From Halomicronema hongdechloris C2206 (GTDB lineage Bacteria > Cyanobacteriota > Cyanobacteriia > Phormidesmidales > Phormidesmidaceae), in the NCBI RefSeq assembly GCF_002075285.3, contig NZ_CP021983.2, positions 1,650,001 through 1,682,000 on the forward strand: 32,000 nucleotides of DNA, read 5' to 3'. Below, piece by piece: positions 7,353 through 14,900 of the stretch; within the stretch, counting starts at the first letter, position 1; every line of letters begins with the position of its first letter. The position numbers and the translations under genes are program-made. Under the pieces are notes generated by a model. The model made no database searches, was not told the origin of the DNA, and was given only the letters and a program-made list of their open reading frames with translations.

Positions 7353-7784
7353 ATGATCGTGAATTTGCAGAAGCAAATGCTGACAATGGAGACGAAAGCG
7401 AAGCTATCCACCCTGTGGATATTTGTCCTACTCAACGTAATCTTTCGGGACCTGCATGAATTGGCTAAGCCGGAATATCTGGAAGAGTTAATGAACGGAC
7501 AAGTAACAGAACAAATGCTGCTGTTGGCTGGTTTCATGATCGAGGTGCCGATCGCCATGGTGCTCCTCTCTCGACTGTTGCCCTATGGTGCCAATCGCTG
7601 GACTAACATCATTGCCGCCGTGATTGTCCTCTCGCTTCTCATCATGTATGGCACAACCGATCTAGACGATACCTTCTTCATAATCGTTAAGATCGCCGCG
7701 CTGTCACTCGTCATTTGGACGGCATGGCGGTGGCGAAACCCTTATCTCAAGCAACATACAATTGGTCAGGAGGTGTCGTCATAA
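7353..7784 (+). CDS. Small integral membrane protein, DUF6326-like paralogue
   Basis: See 5786-6226. The start is uncertain: ATG 7353, GTG 7359 (7 nt after AGGAG at 7347-7351), ATG 7377 and ATG 7386 are all possible. Confidence 0.7.
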   Translation: MIVNLQKQMLTMETKAKLSTLWIFVLLNVIFRDLHELAKPEYLEELMNGQVTEQMLLLAGFMIEVPIAMVLLSRLLPYGANRWTNIIAAVIVLSLLIMYGTTDLDDTFFIIVKIAALSLVIWTAWRWRNPYLKQHTIGQEVSS

Positions 7785-7829
7785 AATCTGTTGTTCAGAC
7801 ATTTACCAACTTGATAGGAGAACATCAAA

Positions 7830-8327
7830 ATGACTGATAAACAACATTCTCTGCTGAAAGCATCAGACATCAATTCAATGGATGCGTTTGAGTTTCATCA
7901 TCCGCTCAATCCCAATTCGGAAATTTATTTACGGTTTCTTGGGCGTGCCGTCGGTCTCAAACGCATTGGTGTGACGATCGCTCGCGTACCTCCGGGTAAA
8001 GAATCTTTCATTTACCATGCTCACCAGAATGAAGAGGAATGGGTTTACATCTTGTCAGGTCGAGGGATTGCGGAAATTGGAGATAAGGAATACGAAATTG
8101 AGCCAGGAGACTTTATGGGATTTGGGCTGCCTCAACAACCCCATCATCTTCGTAATCCATTTAGTGAAGACCTTGTATACCTGATGGGTGGAGAAGCAGG
8201 ACGCTTAGATGTTGGCGTTTTTCCTCGGCTTGGTAAACGAGTGATTCGGGATAGTGAGTCAGCTTACATATTTGATGAGTCAGCGCTTCAACTTTTTTGG
8301 AGCAGTAAGCAATCTGCTGAGGATTGA
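7830..8327 (+). CDS. Cupin-domain protein
   Basis: An SD (taggag) precedes the ATG. PPGKESFIYHAHQNEEEWVYILSGRGIAEIGDKEYEIEPGDFMGF matches the two-motif cupin pattern (G.....H.H...E..Y.L.G......G......GD). Confidence 0.85.
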   Translation: MTDKQHSLLKASDINSMDAFEFHHPLNPNSEIYLRFLGRAVGLKRIGVTIARVPPGKESFIYHAHQNEEEWVYILSGRGIAEIGDKEYEIEPGDFMGFGLPQQPHHLRNPFSEDLVYLMGGEAGRLDVGVFPRLGKRVIRDSESAYIFDESALQLFWSSKQSAED

Positions 8328-8453
8328 TGTCTGCTGGAGCGATCGCTGCATAACAATTCAAATGCAACGGGAACCGAAAGCTACAGATGCTGAGTTCGCT
8401 TCTGTCTGCTGCCGATTTGAGCCGTTAGGCGGCTTGTGAAAGAGAAGAAACCC

Positions 8454-8996
8454 ATGAAAAAAGTTGCTGTATTTGGCAATGCGGGCGGGGGAAAGTCCAC
8501 CCTCAGCCAACGTCTGGCGGATATGACCGGGCTCCCTTGGGTGCCGCTCGATTCCATCAAGTACCAGCCCGGTGGCGGCGAAATGCCCCAGGCCGAGTTC
8601 AAAGCCGCCCATAATAACCTTCTGCAACAAGACCGCTGGGTCGTCGATGGCTTTGGCTCCCTGGATACCGTGTGGGAACGTCTGGATACCGCCGATACCC
8701 TGGTGTATCTCGATATGCCCATATGGCGGCACTACTGGTGGGTCACGAAGCGATTCCTTCAAGGGGTTTGGGTGCCGCCTGCTGGCTGGCCGGAGCGGAG
8801 CCCGCTATTGAAAGGGACGCTGAATTCCTACTACACGGTCCGACTGTGCCATACCAAACTGACGCCGAAATATCGGGAGTACGTAGCAAAGGTGAAGGCT
8901 ACAAAGCGGGTCTACCATCTGCGATCGCGCCAGGACATCGCTCAGTTTTACCAGACCATCGCCGCGCAAACTGACGTTACGTTACCCAGGAGTTGA
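8454..8996 (+). CDS. P-loop NTPase of the adenylate-kinase / topology-modulation (FlaR)-like small kinase type
   Basis: MKKVAVFGNAGGGKSTLSQRLA has a Walker A motif at the extreme N-terminus, in a ~180-aa protein with RWVVDG (Walker B-like). I preferred the ATG at 8454 over GTG 8436. Confidence 0.75.
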   Translation: MKKVAVFGNAGGGKSTLSQRLADMTGLPWVPLDSIKYQPGGGEMPQAEFKAAHNNLLQQDRWVVDGFGSLDTVWERLDTADTLVYLDMPIWRHYWWVTKRFLQGVWVPPAGWPERSPLLKGTLNSYYTVRLCHTKLTPKYREYVAKVKATKRVYHLRSRQDIAQFYQTIAAQTDVTLPRS

Positions 8997-8999
8997 ATC

Positions 9000-9215
9000 A
9001 TGGCTCAAGCCACCCAATTTTGGGACAAAATCGCCGAGAAATACGCCAAGCAGCCCATCGCTGATGAAGCCGCTTACCAGAAAAAGCTAGCGGTCACCCG
9101 CGACTACTTTCGTCCCGACATGGACGTGCTGGAGTTTGGTTGCGGTACAGGGACCACGGCCATCCTCCATGCGCCCTACGTGAAGCATATCCGCGCCATT
9201 GACGGGTGCCAGTAG
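9000..9215 (+). pseudogene. Class I SAM-dependent methyltransferase, N-terminal ~70 codons only (truncated just after motif I)
   Basis: FWDKIAEKYAKQP...DMDVLEFGCGTGTTAILHAPYVKHIRAID then breaks into GCQ-stop. Everything after motif I (LEFGCGTG) and the acidic loop is absent. The start lies 3 nt after the kinase stop. Confidence 0.75.
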
Positions 9216-9662
9216 CCACTGGAGCAGATCAACTCGATTGGGCTTAACGCCGAACCAGTCAGCAATTTTGCTGTAGAGGTCGCCTTGGAGATGATACCGA
9301 TCCGTCGCTGCCTGAATGTTGGCAAAGCTAGTCTTGATGCGATCGCATCGTTCCGGCGGTAGTGTCGAGAGTACATTCGCTGCTAACAAGGCTTCTTGAA
9401 GGCGTTTCAGGTCCTCGGCATAGTTTTGCTTGAACTGATTCAATCTATGATCATATTTCTGCTCACAGCCCTGCTCCAAGCGGTGATGGATGAGAGGTAT
9501 TTGCTGTTCGACTTCAGCCTCTACCTCCCGGCCAATCGTACTATCAATCACCTTGACGGTGGCCAACAGCGTAGTTGGCAGTAAACTGAGCACGATTTTT
9601 TCCTGAGCCTCTGACAAGTTAGCTGGCAACTTAATCAGGCCAACCCCCAAACCGAATGCTGA
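9213..9662 (-). pseudogene. Body of an unknown coiled-coil-like gene, cut by the ISL3 element at its 5' side and fused tail-to-tail with the methyltransferase fragment at ~9212
   Basis: The minus-strand frame open from the IS boundary reads SAFGLGVGLIKLPANLSEAQEKIVLSLLPTT...EAEVEQQIPLIHHRLEQGCEQKYDHRLNQFKQNYAEDLKRLQEALLAANVL...KIADWFGVKPNRVDLLQW. The ORF-track continuation to 9087 is read-through antisense to the methyltransferase fragment. Confidence 0.5.
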
Positions 9663-9709
9663 GGCTGAAAGCGTTCGGCTCTGCAGGAATGAGTATGCTG
9701 GTGTAGTAG

Positions 9710-10165
9710 ATGCTATACCGTATCGCTATGGTACCTCTCTTGAGTGAACTCTTGGGGTTGTCTGGCATTGATGTGGAGTCATACCAGGAGAGCGAGGATG
9801 GCTTGATTCTGGAGGTAGAAGCGCACAGGGACACAGCAATCTGTCCTCGCTGCGGGACTTTGAGCCACCACCTCCATCAGAATCATGGCTACCTGGTGCG
9901 TGACCTACCCATCAGCCATTACCGGAAGACCTGGTTACGGGTGAATCGCCGCCAGTTTAAGTGTTCGACCTGCGGTAAACCCTTCAGCGAGGAGCTGGAG
10001 TTTGTCGGCGCGCGTCGGGTGTACACGGACCGGTATGCCGAGGTGGTGGTGAGTGAGGTGATTCATAGTAATACGGCTAATGTGGCGCGACAGCACGGGT
10101 TGAGCGAAGATATCGTCTGGTCCATGGTGGAGTATGTCAGCGAAAAAAAGTCTGTATTGACTTGA
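9710..10165 (+). CDS. ISL3-family transposase, N-terminal part (zinc-finger and HTH region), orfA
   Basis: CPRCG...(32 aa)...CSTCG is a zf-ISL3-type motif, followed by an HTH-like region (TANVARQHGLSEDIVWSMV). It terminates 12 nt after the A7 tract. Confidence 0.85.
   Translation: MLYRIAMVPLLSELLGLSGIDVESYQESEDGLILEVEAHRDTAICPRCGTLSHHLHQNHGYLVRDLPISHYRKTWLRVNRRQFKCSTCGKPFSEELEFVGARRVYTDRYAEVVVSEVIHSNTANVARQHGLSEDIVWSMVEYVSEKKSVLT
10144..10150 (+). promoter_or_regulatory. A_AAA_AAG heptamer in X_XXY_YYZ phase at the orfA/orfB junction: a candidate -1 frameshift or transcriptional slippage site, or a homopolymer indel
   Basis: The orfA codons are agc GAA AAA AAG tct. orfB is in the -1 frame. 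GGAG at 10129-10132 lies 11 nt upstream of the heptamer. Confidence 0.45.
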
Positions 10166-10944
10166 GTAGATTGCGGCGGTTGGGCATCGACGAAATCGCG
10201 CTACGTAAAGGTCACAAGGACTTTGCTGTGGTCTTGAGTGACCTCGATACTCACAGGCTGATTGGGATGGCTCCAGCGCGGACTCATGCGGCGATTGAAG
10301 CCGTGCTCAACACCTGGGGTGCCGAAGTGCTCTCAAACATTGAAGAAGTCAGCATGGATCTCTCCGGCAATTACCGGGGCTTAGTGCATCGCCTGATGCC
10401 TCAAGCCGAGATTGTGGCCGACCGTTTCCATGTCATGAGTCTGGTCAATCAGGAATTGAATCAAGCCCGTAACGCCCTCCGGCGGACACCCGAGGCTTTA
10501 GCCGAGGGCGTCACTCCTGAGGCGGCTAAAGCAGCGCTCAAATCCAGTAAGTATGCCCTCCTCAAGCCAGAAGCCCATCTCACCAAGACCCAGCAGGACA
10601 AGCTCGTTGAGGTCAAAGCTGTTTCGCCGAAACTCGCCTTGATGCATCAGACCAAAGAAGCCTTTAGGACTCTATTTGAGGCTCAGTCTTGGGCTCAAGC
10701 CCTGCCGGGTTTCCTGGGCTGGATGGGAACCGCGCAATCCCTCTACCCCGAGGCTGTGGCAACGATGAAGCGATGGTTTGGCGAAATCCTCCAGTACTTT
10801 GAACACCGCACCACAAGCGGTGTCGTCGAAGGCATCAATACTCGCCTAAAGTTGATCAAGCGCTCTGGTTACGGGTTCACCAACTTTGAGCGATTTCGGC
10901 TCCGCTGCCTCATCTGCTGGCATTTTTCTCCTGCTGCTGCATAA
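10162..10944 (+). CDS. ISL3-family transposase, catalytic part, orfB (-1 frame relative to orfA)
   Basis: LRRLGIDEIALRKGHKDFAVVLSDL...VSMDLSGNYRGLV...IVADRFHV...GVVEGINTRLKLIKRSGYGFTNFERFRLR shows typical ISL3 DDE_Tnp motifs (GIDE, MD, DRFH, EG.N...K). Confidence 0.88.
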   Translation: MSRLRRLGIDEIALRKGHKDFAVVLSDLDTHRLIGMAPARTHAAIEAVLNTWGAEVLSNIEEVSMDLSGNYRGLVHRLMPQAEIVADRFHVMSLVNQELNQARNALRRTPEALAEGVTPEAAKAALKSSKYALLKPEAHLTKTQQDKLVEVKAVSPKLALMHQTKEAFRTLFEAQSWAQALPGFLGWMGTAQSLYPEAVATMKRWFGEILQYFEHRTTSGVVEGINTRLKLIKRSGYGFTNFERFRLRCLICWHFSPAAA

Positions 10945-10973
10945 TTATCCCAGGAGAGCCAAGCGTTCCCGCC

Positions 10974-11017
10974 AACATCGCAGCTGGTCTGAGCCTAAAC
11001 AGTGATGTCCAAGACAT
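10974..11017 (-). pseudogene. Possible 5' end (SD plus 14 codons) of the gene interrupted by the ISL3 element
   Basis: On the minus strand, GGGAGG (11029-11024), a 6-nt spacer and ATG at 11017 give MSWTSLFRLRPAAM, running into the IS right end. The link to 9213-9662 is an inference. Confidence 0.4.
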
Positions 11018-11132
11018 AAGATGCCTCCCAAAAGAGAACTAGGATGGTCTATGGCAAGTCCAGCTCGAATCATCACCCTCTAGCCCCAGACTTGCACAGC
11101 GATTATCTACAGGGACTCAACCTAAAGCTGCA

Positions 11133-11450
11133 TCAATCTCGACCGCAGCGGCAGGCTAGAGGGGCAACAATGAGCGTCAGTCCTTGCCGCCCCAGCACAT
11201 GAACGCGAGCCCCAGACTCCACGGTGACGTTGCCAGGGCAACGAGCCTTCCACCAAGTGGCTTGATATTTCACATGACCGGGTCGACCGGGGCGAATGGT
11301 TTCGGTGACGACCGCCTGATGATTTGACTCGTCATAGATGTCTTGGAGTGGTAAGCTGGCCGAGGACGTAGGGAAGTGGGCATCTGATTGATAGGAATGG
11401 CCGTTGGCAGGCTGGCAGGTAAATGGCTTATAAAGAAGGTTGCTTAGCAT
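11133..11450 (-). CDS. NfeD-like OB-fold domain protein (no obvious TM segments)
   Basis: The C-terminus VVTETIRPGRPGHVKYQATWWKARCPGNVTVESGARVHVLGRQGLTLIVAP fits the NfeD C-terminal pattern (G.V...G..W.A......i..G..V.V.g..G..L.V.P). I preferred the ATG at 11450 over TTG 11486. Confidence 0.55.
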   Translation of the reverse strand: MLSNLLYKPFTCQPANGHSYQSDAHFPTSSASLPLQDIYDESNHQAVVTETIRPGRPGHVKYQATWWKARCPGNVTVESGARVHVLGRQGLTLIVAPLACRCGRD

Positions 11451-11636
11451 GGTAGCGGCTCCTGATTTGGGGTAAACTCGTGTCAATTTATCGCTACTTC
11501 ATATACTGCTCTGCTTAATAGAATCCTTAAATACCCAAAAGTTCGGATAATTTTGACCTGAAAAAACATCCCATTCAAGCATCAGGATTCATCGGGAATA
11601 GAGGGATTTAGTCGGCTAGGGCTAGAAAACTATAGA

Positions 11637-11667
11637 AAAAGTTCTGAAAAGTTCGGGAAAATTCAGG
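11637..11667 (+). repeat. Tandem 10-nt motif AAAAGTTC(T/G)G x2 plus a degenerate third unit, with a further exact copy at 11537-11546, in the AT-rich leader upstream of the STAND gene
   Basis: aaaagttctg is at 11637-11646, aaaagttcgg at 11647-11656, gaaaattcagg at 11657-11667 and aaaagttcgg at 11537-11546. Confidence 0.7.
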
Positions 11668-11765
11668 CTAAACTTGGGAACTAAGAGGATGGCCGGTATC
11701 GAGGATGCAGTTCACCGGCTCTCTGGCCGTCTCCCTGGGACAGGCTAAGCAGCCACGACAGCCCC

Positions 11766-11797
11766 TAAGAGAGTTGGCTGATAAGAGAGTTGGCTGA
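11766..11797 (+). repeat. Perfect 16-bp tandem duplication TAAGAGAGTTGGCTGA x2
   Basis: 11766-11781 equals 11782-11797, 130 nt upstream of the STAND gene start. Confidence 0.9.
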
Positions 11798-11926
11798 AAT
11801 GCCGCTGACATCCTCTCAGCGCTATCCCTTGGGGGATGCCCCTGGATACTCTGGCCTGATCTGGAGACGCGATCTAGGTCAGCAGGAAGCGTTGCTTCCA
11901 TCGGGTACATCTGCTGAGCCTAGCCC

Positions 11927-14900
11927 ATGCAGGAACTAAACGACGCCTTCGGAATTTCCTTCCAAGAGGCTCTCTCCACTGCCGATGCCGCCGTCTTTAG
12001 ACGGTTTGGCAAACACCTGAGTACCGTTGAGCAGATCGTGCTGCGGGGAACGTGGGATCAGCAGACCTATGAAGCCATGGCTGAGGCCACGGCGGGCTAC
12101 AGCGATGAGTATCTGAAAAAGGATGTCGGCCCCAAGCTGTGGCGCAAGCTCACCCAGGCGTTGGGGGAGTCGGTGGGTAAACGCAACGTCAAAGCCGTCT
12201 TGAGTCGTCTGACCAACGGCAGCAACGGTGCTTCGCCAGCCGTGGAACCCACGGCTAACTCGAATGGCCGTGAGATGGCCTCGCCTCCATTAGCGGTGCC
12301 TCCCCCGGGGGAGCTGCGTCTGGATGTCTCGGACTTTTGTGGTCGCACTGCCCTGGTGAGGGAGCTTGGCCGCTGGATCACAGAGCAAGGCCGGCTGATG
12401 GTGCTCTGGGGTCGGTTGGGGGTGGGTAAAACCCTGCTGGCCATGAAGCTACGGGAGCAAGTAGAGGCCGCCTTTGACACCCACATTTACCTGCCCCTAG
12501 CTAGTCCACTGGCTCCCGAGGATTTCCTGGATCAGTTGCTACGGCGCCTGGGTATTGGTGATGAGGGCCTCCAGGACTGGAGCCAGCGCCTGACCTGCCT
12601 GATGCAGGCCTTGTATCACTGCCGGGCTCTGATCTTGGTCGATAATGCTGAGTGCCTATGTCATCCCAGTCAACTGGCCGGAGACTATCGGCCGGGTTAT
12701 GGGCGCTACCGCGATCTGCTACACCAGTTGGCCACCATTCTTCATCGCAGCTGCGTGATCTGGATTAGCCAGGAAGAACCCAAGGAAATGCGGGTGTTGG
12801 AAGGGCAAAAGGTGCGATCGCATTGCCTCCATGGCCTCACCCCTGCCGACGCCATCACCCTACTCACCCGCCAGAGTGCCCTCAAGGGAGACGCAGCCGA
12901 TTGGACCGAGCTCGTCCATCGCTACGACGGCATTCCCCTATTTCTGAAAGACCTGACTACCACTATCGAAGGGCTCTATGAGGGGCGGCTAGAGTGGTTC
13001 CTAGGGCAACCCCTACTGCTGACGGATCGTATCCGCAATCTACTGCAACGCCAGTGGCATCGCCTTTCCCCACCAGAGCAAGAGGTGATGTACTGGTTGG
13101 CCCTGGCATCTGCACCGGTTGCCTTAGAGGAGTTGCAAGCCGACCTGATTGGTCGCAACCCATCTCAGTTAGTGGCGTTGATCGAGTCCTTACAGCAGCG
13201 CGCCCTCTGTCAGCGCCTAGAGACCGCTGATGCCTCCATGGCTCTAGGCCTGTCGCCAGTCGTGCGCGTCTATGTGCAGCAGCAGTTTATTCAACAGGTG
13301 CAAGCGGAGCTCCTGTCTCATCAGCTCCGCCTCTTTCACAGCCATCGGTTACTGCAGGTCACCGCAGCAGATCCGATCCAGGCCCGCCAACGTCAGGAAA
13401 TTCTAATCCCCCTGGCAGAGGCCTTGCGAGAGGCCTGGTCCGACACCTTGGTGGATCAGATCAAATCCCTGCAAGTTCTGATTCATCGTCAGTTTCAGGG
13501 GCAAGAGGGCTACAGCAGTGGCAACCTGATCAATCTTTGCCATCAGTTAGAGATCGGCTTGGCGGGTAGCGACTTCTCCGACTTGGCCATCTGGCATGCC
13601 GATTTGCAAACCGTTAGCCTGTTCGGCAGCAACTTTACTGGCGCCAACTTTCAGGCCAGCGTCTTTGCCAAGGCCTTGGGACGGGAACTCGTGTTGGCCT
13701 TTAGTCCCGATAATTGCCATCTCGCCACCGGCGATCATGAGGGCCAGCTGCTGCTTTGGCGAGTCGACGATGGCAGCTTAGACCGAGTGCTGGTTATCCA
13801 GCGGGAATCCCAAGCCACCCGAGCCCTGACTTTCAGTCCTGATGGCACCACCCTGGCCGAGGGGAGTGCCGATGGTCGCCTCTGGCTCTGGTCCCTCGGC
13901 AATGGCTACGGCGCCGATGATCTCTGCAGCCACACTGCCGCCATCTCCGCCCTGGCCTTCAGTGGCGATGGCCGCTACTTGGCCAGTGGCGATGTCACTG
14001 GCTGCATCTTGATTTGGGAACTGGCCTCAGGGCGCTCACTGCAAACCCTGCAAGGGCACCAAGGGGCGATCCAGCGACTGCGGTTTAGCAACGATGGCCA
14101 GTGGCTCGTCAGCAGTGGTGAAGACCACACAGCTCAGTGTTGGCAATTGACCACTGGCGAGCGGCGGCAGGGGGTACAGGGGCGTGGCATTGCGCAAATT
14201 AAGGATGTCCAGTTTCTAGACGAGGTGCCAGAGCCGTCCCATCCCCCTAGCGCCATTGCCCTGGGCCTGGAAGAACACAACCTGATTGTCTGGGATCTCA
14301 GTACGGGGCGCCCCCGCTGGGTGGTGCCCTCAGAGGCTGATTTCACCGCGGTCATGGCCCTGAGTGGAGATGGAGAAACAGTGGCCCATAGCCGCCATAA
14401 CGGTTCCATCGAACTCTGGGCCGTCGCTCATCAACAACGGCGATATTGCCTGCGGGATCCCAATACGCTGGTCACCACCTTAGCCTTCAGTCAGGATGGG
14501 GCCTTGCTAGCCACCGCTGGAGATCATCGGGTGAATCTATGGGCCTTGAGCACTGGTGCCGGATTGCGCACCCTGTACTGCCAGCGTCAGCCAGTGAATT
14601 GCTTCCAGGTGAGCAGTGACGGCCAATGGCTGACGACTGGCCATCGAGACCAAGGCATTCGCCTCTGGCAGATGGCAACCGGGCAGTTTGCGGTCCAGTT
14701 CCAGCCTGGGGTCAGTCAGGCTCGGCCAGTTCAGGTGATGACGGCCAATCGGGACTGGTTGGCCAGCGGTGGCGAGGACCACGCGGTACGGTTGTGGTCT
14801 ATCGATCGCCCCGATGCCTGCCAGAGTTGGCTAGATCACGATGCCCCAGTGACGGCCCTCAGCCTCAGCCCTCAAGGTCGCTGGCTGGTGAGTGGCGGCG

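Larger units (their letters stand above)
9663..10973 (+). mobile_element. ISL3-family insertion sequence (1311 bp) with ~35-bp imperfect terminal inverted repeats; no recognisable 8-bp target duplication
   Basis: The left end is GGCTGAAAGCGTTCGGCTCTGCAGGAATGAGTATGC and the reverse complement of the right end is GGCGGGAACGCTTGGCTCTCCTGGGATAATTATGC. The flanks AATGCTGA (9655-9662) and AACATCGC (10974-10981) differ. Confidence 0.8.

Noticed and set aside
9000-9215. Idea that the methyltransferase head (9000-9215) and the methyltransferase tail (25791-26016) are two halves of one split gene
   Set aside because: The two pieces look like different subfamilies: a UbiE/type-11-like head versus an HKM-motif tail typical of another clade. 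They lie 16 kb apart with no IS at the second site, so nothing in the sequence links them.
11668-11910. 80-aa minus-strand ORF in the STAND leader
   Set aside because: It has no SD and an odd composition, spans the 16-bp tandem duplication, and has no motif. I treat the region as non-coding.
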